NCBI RefSeq assembly: GCF_009914755.1
Contig: NC_060931.1
Length of the DNA stretch: 64,000 nucleotides
Source of the DNA: the human T2T-CHM13v2.0 reference genome, Homo sapiens
Direction: 5' to 3' (one strand)
Every line of letters starts with the position of its first letter. The stretch's first letter is position 1. Positions 38,560-51,199 of the stretch are shown here, piece by piece. Both the position numbers and the translations under genes were made by a program. A model generated the notes under the pieces. It was given only the letters and a program-made list of their open reading frames with translations. It had not been told where the DNA came from and did not search any database.

Positions 38560-40570
38560 AATTTATTTGTGCACATACCCACTTAGATACATCATTTCAT
38601 TTAAATACGCACATGTGGTCACACAACATTTTAAAAACGTATTTATTTTAAATAATTTTCAGATGATAATTTATTTTTTTCTTCCTCGCCTTCTTCTCCT
38701 CTCCCTCCTCCTTTTTGCTTCCAGGGTGACTCATGTCAAAAACATTGTGGATGTCCCTTTCCAGTTTCCTATTGACTTGTGTATTACCTTACAGCATTTC
38801 TCCCCATTCAGCTGTCCCTAGTAGAAATCCTTAGGCTAACCTGGTACCACCGATTCATAGTCTTTAATGGCTGAATAATAACCCACAGTGGGAATGTGCT
38901 ACCATGATTGATCCAGCCATCTGCCTACTAAAGGGCGTTCACTTTGTTTCCAGGTTTTTGCCATCGGAATAGCTTTGCATTCAATGTCTCATGCATAAAT
39001 ATGCCTTTATCTACTGGTGCTGTTATTTCTTCGGGACAGTCCAAAATCTTATGATACATGTTAAAACGTTGCTGGAAGTCAGGAACCCTGAACGGAGGGA
39101 CCGGCTGAAGCCATGGCAGAAAAACATAAATTGTGAAGATTTCATGGACATTTATTAGTTCCCCAAATTAATACTTTTATAATTTCTTATGCCTGTCTTT
39201 ACTGCAATCTCTGAACATAAATTGTGAAGATTTCATGGACACTTATCACTTCCCCAATCAATACCGTTTTGATTTCCTATGCCTGTCTTAACTTTAGTCT
39301 CTTAATCCCATCATCTTCGTAAACTGAGGAGGATGTGTGTCTCCTCAGGACCCTGTGATGATTGCGTTAACTGCACAAATGGTTTGTAGAGCATGTGTGT
39401 TTAAACAATATAAAATCTGGGCACCTTGAAAAAAGAACAGGATAACAGCAATGTTCAGGGAACAAGAGAGATAACCTTAAACTCTGACCACCGGTGAGCC
39501 GGGCGGAACAGAGTCATATTTCTCTTCTTTCAAAAGAAAATGGGAGAAATATCACTGAATTCTTTTCCTCAGCAAGAAACATCCCTGAGAAAGAGAATGT
39601 GTTCCTGAGGGTAGGCCTCTAAAATGGCCGCTTTGAGGGGTGGCCGTCTTTTATGGCCGAAGACGTAGGGATGAAATAAGCCCCAGTCTCCCGTAGCACT
39701 CCCAGGCTTATTAGGATGAGGAAATTCCTGCCTAATAAATTTTGGTCAGACCGGTTGTCTGCTCTCAAACCCTGTCTCCTGATAGGATGTTATCAATGAC
39801 AATGCGTGCCTGAAACTTCATTAGCAATTTTAATTTCACCCTGGTCCTGTGGTCCTGCGATCTCGCCCTGCCTCCATTTGCCTTGTGATACTCTATTACC
39901 TTATGAAGCATGTGATCTCTGTGACCCACATCCTATTCATACACTCCCTCCCCTTTTGAATATCACTAATAAAAACTTGCTGGTTTTACGGCTCAGGAGG
40001 CATCAAGGAACCTGCCGACATGTGATGCCTCCCCCGGACACCCAGCTTTAAAATTTCTCTCTTTTGTACTCTGTCCCTTTATTTCTCAGACTGGCCGACA
40101 CTTAGGGAATATAGAAAAGAACCTACGTGAAATATCGGGGGTGAATTTCACCTGTATCTGGCTGAATTTCCCCCGATATATGTGCATTTCAGAAAGTTAA
40201 AATCTATAGCCGTAGAGCTAGGCTGTGTTACTTGCATTCCTACCAGCAATACATGAGGGTACCATCTTCCTTGGATTGTCACTTAGTGGGTGTTATCACT
40301 TTTTGTATTTTTACTAGTATAATTCTTTTAAAGTGATATCTCATTCTTTTAAAATTTTAATGTCCCTAGTAATTTTGAGCATCCTTTCACATTTGTTAGC
40401 TGTTCAGATTTGCTCCTCTGTAAATTTCTTTTCTTATCCTTTCTCCATTTTGACTTTTCCATATCAATACAACAGAGCTCTTATATATTATAGATATTAA
40501 CCCTCTGTCATCTCATGACAAATATTTGTTCCCGATTTATCATGTGTTTATAATGTCTTTTGCCATATGG
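38560..40570 (-). mobile_element. Old L1ME-like fragments split by MER11
   Basis: Antisense L1 3'-region text at 38830-39060 and 40180-40570. Confidence 0.55.
39067..40178 (+). mobile_element. MER11 (B/C-like, ERVK group) solo LTR
   Basis: (T/C)GTTGCTGGAAGTCAGG..GAACGGAGGGACCGGCTGAAGCC; internal repeat aacataaattgtgaagatttcatggaca x2; ends GAATTTCCCCCGATA; about 1.1 kb. Confidence 0.92.
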
Positions 40571-40589
40571 AAGTCTGTTATTCTTTTGT

Positions 40590-41450
<861 letters not shown>

Positions 41451-41667
41451 ACCCCATATATATGTAATATATCACAGCTGACATTTTATTTGTAAGGGGT
41501 TTTAATTGTAGGAAGGAGGACCCTGGGGGAATGAGGCTACTCCATCTTGGCTGGAACTGGAAACCAGTTTTTCATGTTTACCTACTCAAATATACCTTTT
41601 ATTTTACAGCTTCTGACTTCCAGACTTGGTTAGGAAGTTCTCCATGACCGCTAAATAGTAGATGTAG

Positions 41668-42038
<371 letters not shown>

Positions 42039-42111
42039 GATTTTTTATATAGTGTATGATGGAGAGCCATTCAAAAATATATTTATTTCTAAAATTATGT
42101 GCACTTTAGTT

Positions 42112-42215
42112 GTGCTTCTCAAACTTTAATGTCTGCTTCTGAATAGCCCCGAAGCTCCACATTTTTGAGAAGTTCCTTGTGATCTTGCAGCTGCTGATCC
42201 ACAGTTTGAGCAGCC
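42112..42215. mobile_element. MER5-like DNA transposon fragment
   Basis: gtgcttctcaaactttaatgt...tttgagcagc. Confidence 0.55.
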
Positions 42216-42389
42216 TGTTTTCATTTAGTTTCTTGCCTTGGTCTCATGTTCTTGGTCTTTAATAAAAGTATACTTATTGCTTATCTTTGCTCTGTGCAAA
42301 TGGCATTTTGAAGGAAAGAAAGTTTCAAGAAGAATGAGCTTCAAGGTGTCACCCTTTTGGTAATCTCCTCTAGTTTCTTGGTTTTAAAT

Positions 42390-43690
42390 CCATTTATATG
42401 CTACAATCTCCAATTTTTTTAAATCCCCAGTCTGTATTTCTCCTTGGAACCATGGATTTGTACACTCAGTTTCCTATGAGGCATCTCAACTTGGACTTCA
42501 AACGGTGCTCCACATCTCAGCTTGTCCCAAACTGAGCACCAGGTCTTATCACTCCCTACAGTTGCTCCTGACTGTCTCTCCAACTTTACAAATGGTAGCC
42601 CTATTTTTCCGGGTAAGAAAGAAGCCTTGATATCCACTGTGGTTCCCCTGCTACGCTCACAATCCATGCCCAGTCTATGAGCAAATGCGGGGCACTCAGC
42701 CTTACAGCATGTCTGGAATCTGACTACTTCCCTGCTGCCACCTGACTAAGCCACCACTGGCTCTTACTGGCAACGTCCTCAGAAATTATGTCCAGCCTCT
42801 GCCTCAACACTCAATGTAGACACTAAAGTGACCCTTGCACGTGTCACTGTTCTCAAAACCCTGCCATGGCTCCCCCATTACTCAGAGCAAAGGCCAAGGT
42901 CCTTTCCAGACCCTACGGGGACCCTGTTACTTCTCTAAACTTATCACCCTCATCTGTTCAAAACGCACTATCCAGACATCCAGTAGCACTTGTTTCAGTT
43001 TTTGGTCACCTGGTCTGTCCCCTTTTCTCTTTCAATCTTTGCTCAAAGGTCACCTTTGTGGTTGAATTTTCCCTGGTGAGGAAGTCCAGCCTCCTCTCCT
43101 GACCCTGTTCTCTCCTCCACATTCCTCTGTTTTCTCTACTGCACTCGTCACCCCCTGCAGTAGCTTCCTAGGGCTGCTGTAACCAAGTGCCACAAACTGG
43201 GTGTCTTCAGCGATGGAGGTTTATTGTTTCACAGTTTGGAGGCCAGAAGCCTGACATCAGGGTGTTGCAGGGCTGGTTCCTCTGAGGGTTGAGAGGGAGG
43301 GATGAGCTGCAGGCCCCTCTCCTTGGCTTGGAGATGGCTGTCTTCTTTGTGTCTCCACCCATCTTTCCTCTACGTATGCCTGTGTCCAAATTTCCCCTTA
43401 TAATGATGCCAGTCATACTGCATTAGGGCTTACCCTGTTGGCTTCATTGTAACTAGATTACCTCTGTCTGGACCCTATCTGCAAAGAAAGTCACATTCTG
43501 AGGTCCTGAATATTAGGACTTCCACATCTAAATTTTGAGGGAACACAATGCAACCCGTAACACCATCTCACATACTCTAGATTTTGGTCATTGTGTTTAT
43601 TTTCTGCCTCTACTTACCAGAATGTAGGCTGTATGAAAGAAAGCATTTTTGCATGTTTTACAGACTCTTTTGTCACCCAGACAGGGAACA
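42390..43690 (+). mobile_element. L2 3' portion split by MLT1
   Basis: catttatatgct (degenerate YADD region); gcatctcaacttggac; ccaaactgagc. Confidence 0.8.
43156..43562 (-). mobile_element. MLT1C-like LTR
   Basis: ttcctagggctgctgtaaccaagtgccacaaactgggtg...acacaatgcaacccgtaaca. Confidence 0.85.
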
Positions 43691-44172
43691 GAAAAGAAAT
43701 GAAAGAAACGTCACACAGATGTGATGAGCTGGAAATTCAGAAATTTGGAGCTAGAACCAGGAGAACTTGGAGGCCAGGGGAGATGTAAATCCCCTAGGAT
43801 TTAGAAGAGTCTTGCGAAGGCTTCCATTTTCCTGCAGAATGTAGGGTGGGCATTTGAGGGAATGTTAACTCTATCTTAGGGGCAATACCTAGCACAGCTG
43901 GGATCTGAAGCTGATTCCTTGAGTCCAGAGCTTCCCTCCCACATGTTCTCAACTCTCTGGGTAAAGATCTCTGTCTCTCTCTGTCTCTCTCTCTCCCTCT
44001 CCCCTAACCATTCAGAAACCCCACACTGGGAAGACTCGCCACAATGCCTGTGAGAAAATGAAGGCATGAGTTTGTGTTTTAGGCAATTTTAGGTAAATCC
44101 CCTGTGTCCCTTCCCTGGGGATCAAGATCAAACGCCTAAGCTTGGATGAAGTGTGCTACAGATGACAACAGG

Positions 44173-44231
44173 CAGGGCGTGGGGAAGAGGCTGGACAGCT
44201 CCAGGGTGTAGGGAAGAGGCTGGACAGCTCC
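44173..44231. repeat. 29-bp tandem duplication
   Basis: caggg(c/t)gt(g/a)gggaagaggctggacagctc x2. Confidence 0.9.
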
Positions 44232-45884
44232 GAGAGAAGGAGCTGGGAATTCTGACATCCGTCCTTGAATGGGTGGCCAAGGGCGGCTCTGAAGACCGCG
44301 AGTAGCCGCATGAGCAGTTTATTTCCCACCTGGTCATTAGAGTGGGGCTCCCTCATTTCTAAAGTGGATTTATCTATGTTAGCAGACACTGAAAATTTAA
44401 CATGCTGCTTGCAGAACATTTTATGTAACTGTATTGTTACAAGAATAACAGATTAAATCTGTTAAAAAAATCCAGAATCCCACTACTCTGACACATCAAC
44501 TGTCCTTGCACATCTAAATATAGCATGGTTGTAATTTTTTACTTCTGTTTGTCACTTATTAGCTTTTTAAACAAAATGTTGTTAAGCAGTCATCATAATT
44601 GTCCCTCTGGAGGGCTGTGCCAGGTCTCTTTGTGTTGACATATGATGTCGCCGCGTCCTGACTGGATGTTTCACTACAGCACATTGTCATGAAAGTGAAG
44701 ACTATCGGCAACATACATGTATCTTCATGGATTCAGCCTTTCCCTTTGGGGAGGACTATTGATTTATGCAAACTGTCTAGCAATGAAATTACTGAGAAGA
44801 CTTTATGGCTATTTAAGCATTACTGGCAAATTATTTTCCCTAATTGGTTTTTAAGAACATTACTATTGTGGTTAATGTGCAACTAGAATCGTTCCACCAT
44901 ATCCTTGCCAAGTGTCAAGTGCTTGCTTTCTGCAAACTGTCTGTTGGAGACTCTCCTCCCACACGGTCTGCAGCCAAATGGGGATGACACTGGGCTGGGT
45001 GCTCTGAGCCAGTTCTGGTATCTGCGCTGTACCTGTTTCCCTATCAGAAAGGTGCTGCTGCCTTAGGACTCCATCCTGCTTCTTCCAAGGCCACTAAGAT
45101 CATGTAGTGATTTCAATGCACCCACTGTTTCTCTGGCCATGCACTCTAATCAACTGCTAAGATAAAAAACATTTCTCCATTCCTCTAGTCTGAGGAAAGT
45201 AACAGTTTATGCCTCCTTTGCTCTCTCCTGATTTCATCTTGGTGCATGGAGTTTGCAAGGGGACACTCAGCTTGTCTTTGATGTCTGGTTCAGGCACTTT
45301 CTCAATGGGAATTGTTTGGTCTTTTTCTTTTAAGGAATTTCAAAAGCTTGACAAAAATTATCTGAGAGGAAAATGTGTGTTCCCAGATTGGAAGCAGCGA
45401 AAAAAAGGCACAGCATCACCACATCATTTTAGCATCCATTGGTGCCGTTGAAGGGCAAGAGAATGAACTTTGATGAGAAAGAAGTAGTTATCCTGGTTAA
45501 TAACTGACTTGGAGCACTAGAACCCTTTGCTGCTGAGAAGTGGTCCCAGTTCCAGGGCTGGGTATTTGAAATCCTGAGCTGGACTCTGACATCTTGGTCA
45601 TCCACCCTCCATGGCCATGCCTGTCTCCCAGGGCTGTCCGTCAGGGCTCCCTGAAGTCCTCTTCTCCAGGAACACAGACCCATACCTGCTCCCTATCACT
45701 GACATGACATGGTGTCTGGGACCCTCACTGCCTCTGTCACTCATCTAGGAAGCGGCTGATTGAAGCCTCTCCTCAGGAGTGTCTCCTGGAAGAGAGAATA
45801 TGGAGACTGTGCAGCTCAGGGCGTCACCCTCCAGACTGAATTGCTCTGGCCTCCACACATCCAGGACACATCTCCCATGGGGAC

Positions 45885-46414
45885 TGTGGTGGTGACTTGT
45901 ATGTGTCAACTTGCCCAGGCCATCGAGTGCCCAGACATTTGGTCTATGATTAGGTTGGGTGTTTTAGATATGATTGACCTTGACACTGGTGGACTGCAGG
46001 CAGCAGATTCCCTCCCTTATGTGAATGGAGGCCTGAATGGAACAAAATGGTGGATTCTGTCCAGAGCAAGAGAATTCTTCCTGCCTGATGGCCTTCAAAC
46101 AGAAAGGTCAGCTTCTTCCTGCCTTCAGACTTGAACGGAAACATCAGCTCTTCCTGACTCTCAAGCCTGCTGACCTTCAGATTGGAGCTTACATTACTGG
46201 CTTCTCTGGGTCTTCACACTGCCCTGACCCTGCAGAGCTCAGAACTTCTCCGCCACCATAATCATGTGAGCCAATTCTCTATCTATCTATCATCTCTATC
46301 TATCTCTATCATGTATCTATTAATCTATCTATCATGTATCTATTAGTCTATCACTATTATCTATCATCTGTATCTATCTAACACCTTCTATCTATATCTA
46401 TCCTATCTATTCTA

Positions 46415-46460
<46 letters not shown>

Positions 46461-46550
46461 CCTACCTATCTATCTATTTCTGTCTGTCTGTCTATCCATC
46501 CATCCATCTATCCATCCTGTTGGTTCTATTTCTCTGGAGACCCCTGACAC
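45885..46550 (+). mobile_element. MLT2 solo LTR containing a (TCTA)n STR (46277-46516)
   Basis: tgtggtgg...tatgtgtcaacttg...cataatcatgtgagccaattc...cctgttggttctatttctctggaga. Confidence 0.88.
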
Positions 46551-46859
46551 AGAGGTCATTCTTCTCATGTTACAGTGTCTGCTCCTAGGGAGTCACTGTG
46601 TACAGTATTGCAGCTTATTGTTTGCTTAGTTAGGTCCCAAAACTGGCCCCCAGTCCTTTTGAGGATCGAGGGGCAGTATATATCTGTGGTAGTAGCAGGT
46701 ACACACGGGCTGGCCAGCTCCTGAGTGGACAAAGTGGTTGAGTGGCAGGTGGCTGCTCCAAAGGAAAAAAGGGCCAGGAAATTTGGGAGGGGACAGATTC
46801 AGTGATGCCCCAGGGGCAGGGCTGAGAGCAGGAGTGGACCATGGCCAACCGAACTCCCA

Positions 46860-47490
46860 AAGTCCCAGCAAGACATTAAGACAAATGAAAGATGCAACTA
46901 CAGGGTGCCGATGTCTACCCAGGAGGAGATGTGAGAAAGACTGACGGGGAACAATACTCAAAGAAACATTGAGTAATAACAATACACTAGGATCTGTCAA
47001 GAGATGCTGAGCCTCCTTCTGAAAAAGCCACAGAGTGTCAGGGGTGATACATAAGAAAACACCATTTGCACACATCTCACTGACATGGGAGACCATGGAA
47101 TCAAGGAGAAGGCTCTAGAAGCCTCTAGTGAGAAACATCTTCCACCTTTAGAGGAACAAGAGAATCACATTATATCTCCCAAGAACAAAGCTGAAGGAGT
47201 GTTTTCTTCAAATGTTGATGGAAATGTACTTTGAACCTATAATTTTATGTCAGATAAATTTTCATTTATAACTCAGAAAATTATTATTATTATTATTTTC
47301 CAGATGGAGTCTCACTATGTTGTCCAGGCTGGTCTTAAACTCCTGGGCTTGAGTGATTCCCCTGCCTCAGCCTCCCGAGAAGCTGAGAGCACAGGTGTAC
47401 GCCACCACACCTGGCTAAATTTTTATTTATATATGACAGCAAAATAAAAATATTTTCAGGAATATAAGAACTTAGATGATTTACTGCCCT
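46860..47490 (+). mobile_element. HAL1/ancient L1 ORF1-like relic
   Basis: aaggagaaggctctagaagcctctag...tttgaacctataattttat resembles ORF1 C-terminal coding text. Confidence 0.5.
47281..47416 (-). mobile_element. FLAM (Alu monomer)
   Basis: Single left-monomer-like unit with (TTA)n tail. Confidence 0.85.
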
Positions 47491-47539
47491 GAGGGCCTCT
47501 GGGGCAACCCTTGGGCAAGAGGGAGCAAGTTGGAAGACA

Positions 47540-47860
47540 TTTATTCATTCTTTTTTCCATTCATTGCTTCAAACATTTTTGAGTACTTAGCATTGTGAGA
47601 CATTCTATTGGGTGCTAAAGATAAATCAGTAAACAAAGCAGACAAAAATCTTTGCCCCGTTGAGTTTACATCCTGGGGTAGAGAAAGACGGTAAACATCA
47701 TAAGTGAGCCGAACTGTGTGCCAGCTGGGGAGAAGACACAGGGGAAACAAATAGGGAAGGGTGGGTGTTGGGTGAGCCTGTGTTTTGGGCAGGGACCATG
47801 TGGAGACCTGGGACAGAACATTCCAGGAGGCCAGTGAAAAAGGAAAGCAGGAAAAAGAAA
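47540..47860 (-). mobile_element. L2 3' end
   Basis: attcattc...aaacatttttgagtactta...aacaaagcagacaaaaatc. Confidence 0.8.
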
Positions 47861-48159
47861 TGAAAAGAAAGCATGCAGTGAAGCTGCCACCTCTGCAGTG
47901 CCTTAAAATACAGCCTGACCCGTAGATAGTGGCAACCCCTGTTCAGGATTCAAAATCTTTGCCTTAGAAGGCCTTGGTGTTAAGGGCAGAAGGCAGAGGA
48001 GAGTTGAATTCTGGATGCCTCAGTGCTGAACCGCTGCGTGGCCTCTACAGAGTCTGGGGCATGCCCAGGATTGGAAGTTGGGGTCCATAGGAACTGGGGT
48101 GGGATAGGTGAGAGTTCCCAAAGGACCCAAGTCACCCTCACTACTGAAGGTCATCCGTG

Positions 48160-48530
48160 AGGCAGACAATTCTCTCTAAGTCTCACAGGTAAAATGCAAA
48201 CACCAGCAGTGCTCTCTTCATAGAGTTTTGTGAGAATTAAATCATAAAATACCAGCAGAGCACCTGTCAGTGTCTGGCACCTGGGAAATAATACGAGATG
48301 TGTGTTCTCATCATTGTTGTGTGGGGTCAGAGGCTGCCTGGGCCTACCTTTCAGCTTCCTTGACCGGGGATGCTGGGGAGGTTGGTTAACCCCAGTTCCT
48401 TCATTGTAAGTGGGTTAATGCTAGTGCTCACCCAGGAGGATTGCTTTTTGGATTAAGCGATTTAATACCTGCAGATGTGAGTGGAGCCTGGCACAGGATG
48501 AAAGCACTTTTGGTGGATTTTGTTATTATG
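48160..48530 (+). mobile_element. Two MIR fragments
   Basis: ttgtgagaattaaat...; ccagttccttcattgtaa...ggattaagcgatttaatac. Confidence 0.55.
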
Positions 48531-48907
48531 AGCAGGGCAAGGCCTGTGTCGGATTCATTTTTGTATCCACAACTTTAGAACTGACCCGGGGGCTAAAGTG
48601 ATGCTCAGTGAAGTTTTTCTGAATGGATTTGTATCAAATAGAAATCAATCCAAAGCTGGGCCAGCAGTGGACACCTGTTATTTTTGCCTACCCAAAGAGC
48701 CTCCCCAGTTTCAAGACTGGCCCTGTCCTTTTGGGAAGCATCCTACTTCCTGCCTTGCTCCCCTGTCGTTCTTATAGAAGCTGCCATATTCCTTCTCGAC
48801 CCTACTGGCTGCCTGGTCATAGCTGGTTAGCCCAGCTGGGCACTTGACCCACGTGGACAGCTGGAGGCTCTCCTTCCAATCCTTCTCCTTACCATTTCTA
48901 CATCGTC

Positions 48908-49044
48908 TTTTTATTTTATTTTTTTTAAGGGACAGGGTCTCGCTATGTTGCCCAGGCTGGACTCAAACTCCTGGGCTCAAGTGATACTCCCACCTCAGCC
49001 TCCTGAGTATCTGAGACTACAGGCATGAGCCACCGCACCTGGCT
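48908..49044 (-). mobile_element. FLAM_C-like Alu monomer
   Basis: gacagggtctcgctatgttgcccaggctgg...gagccaccgcacctggc. Confidence 0.88.
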
Positions 49045-49412
49045 TAAGTTCTTTAAATTATACTTTATATTTCATCAAAGTAATACATGTGCATGATTTG
49101 AAAGGCCAAATACTCTAGACTTTTAATTAAAAACAGCAGTCATCTGCTCTATCTGTACCCATTCCAAATTCTTATTCCTCCGTGGCAACCATTTTCAACT
49201 TTTTGAGGACTTATCTGTCCTTTATCTCCCTTTTCCTAAATAATAAATTTCTTTTGCAGTGTTTGGTTTCCTAGGTTTGGATGTTATCTGCTATTTCTGT
49301 GGCAGAGGTGAAGATTTAGGTCTCTTGCGCAGCTTCACATACATAACTTATACTTCCCTTGGCCCCACAATGCTGATACAGTTTAATCACAGAATTTAGA
49401 TTAATAACTAGT

Positions 49413-49787
49413 TGATATAGTTAGGCTTTGTGTCCCCATCCAAATCTCATCTTGAATTGTAATCCCCAGGTGTTGAGGGAGGAACCTGGTGGGAAGTGAT
49501 TGGATCATGGGGGCAGTTTTCCCCCATGCTGTTCTCATGACAGTGAGTAAGTTCTCATGAAAGCTGATGGTTTCATACTTGTTTGGCAAGTTCTTCCTTT
49601 GCTCACTCTTCTCTCTCCTGCTGCCTTGTGAAGAAGGTCCTTGCTTCCTCTTTGCCTTCCACCACAATTGTAAGTTTCCTGAGGTCTCCCTAGCCATGCA
49701 GAACTGCGAGTCAATTAAACTTCTTTCCTTTCTAAATTACCCAGTCTCCGATATTTCTTTATAGCAGTGTGAAAACAGACTAATACA
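49413..49787 (+). mobile_element. THE1 (C/D-like) MaLR solo LTR
   Basis: TGATATAGTTAGGCTTTGTGTCCCC...GACTAATACA; perfect 5-bp TSD ctagt at 49408-49412 and 49788-49792. Confidence 0.93.
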
Positions 49788-49929
49788 CTAGTGATTACAT
49801 TTTCTAATAGGCAAATATCATTTGAAGCTCTGACATGTAGAATACTATAATTTTATTTTTGTTCTTGTACAAGTTTTCATTTCCAGAAGTCAGTCATTCT
49901 CTTGCTATTGTGTTTACACAGATTCCTGG

Positions 49930-50480
49930 GTACCCAGAGCAGAGATTGTTAAGTGTGTACCAACTACATCTGTCCTCTTCTTCTGAGTATGTGGCTTGAC
50001 TACATTTCCTAGCCTTCCTTGCAGGTAAATGAGACTGTGTGACAAACTCTTTTTTGGCGAAATGTGAGCAGAAGTGATGAGGGACACTTCTAAGCCAAGG
50101 TGTTCGTAGTGGGCATGATTTATTTAGTCTCTGCTCTAACTTCCCACCAGCAACATGCTAGATGTGGCTCAGGCCCTGTTTTGGCAATGATGAAGGCCTT
50201 GGCAGCAGAACACAGCTCAGGGGAAGCTATGTCACCACTGTTTCCATCCTGCCAACCTGGAATGCTCAACTTGACCTGTTATATGACAGAGAAATGCATT
50301 TTTTTACTTTTCGAAGTTCTGCATCTTGGGGTCCTTTTGTTACAGCAGCTTAGCTTCACCTTACCAGAAGTTAGTTTCTTGAAGCAGGAAGGTGCCATAA
50401 CCGAAGTGATTAATGTGTGATTGTGGCATAGCAGTCTGGTGGTTGTTGGTAAGCAAACAGATTGCAGTCTGGAAAGCTAA
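49930..50480 (+). mobile_element. Old MLT1 (H-J-like) LTR plus start of internal region
   Basis: actacatttcctagccttccttgcagg...aatgtgagcagaagtgatg...tttgttacagcagcttagc. Confidence 0.7.
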
Positions 50481-50487
50481 TGCAATC

Positions 50488-50903
50488 TGCATTAGTCAGG
50501 GTTTTCCAGAGAAACAGAACCAACAGCATGTGTACATATAGAGGGGATTTATTTTAAAGAATTGACTCACATCATTGTGGAGGATTGGTGCATCCAAAAT
50601 CTGATGGAGGAAGCCAGCAGGGTGGGGACCCAGGGAAGAGCCCATGCTGCAGTTCACGTCCAAAAGCCATCTGCTGCTGAACTCCTTCTTGCTTGAGGGA
50701 GGTCAGTCTTTTGTTCTCTTCAGGCCTTCAGCTGGTTGGATGAGGCCCACTCCTGTGAGATGTCAATCTGCTTTGGCCAAAGTCCGCAGATTTAATGTCA
50801 ATTGCATCCAAAGATACAGTCACAGAAACATCCAGAATAATGTTTGACCACATATCTGGGCACTGTGGCCTGGCCAATTCGACACATGAAATTAACCGTC
50901 ACA
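50488..50903 (-). mobile_element. MLT2 solo LTR
   Basis: tgcattagtcagggttttccagagaaacagaacc...gacacatgaaattaaccgtcaca. Confidence 0.88.
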
Positions 50904-51199
50904 CTAGCACTAATTCCCCTTGAACTGAAAAATCTCTCAGTATGTTCAAAACACAGCAGGTTTTGTGGCAGATATTGCTGGTCATGGAGGCGTCTCTTCT
51001 GGAAGTCTCTGCCTTCCAGCTCCCACGTGGAGTGGCTGCTCTCTAGGCCCTCTCAAAACTGCCTTCCTGGGACTTCTGTCTTCCGGTATCCTGGGAAAAT
51101 CCTTAGCCTCTTCCCTGGATTTGCGCCTTGATTCATGGGACTTCCATCTTCTTCTTTCTTGGTTTATTCTCTTATTTTTGGTGGTTTGCTGAGAAAATT

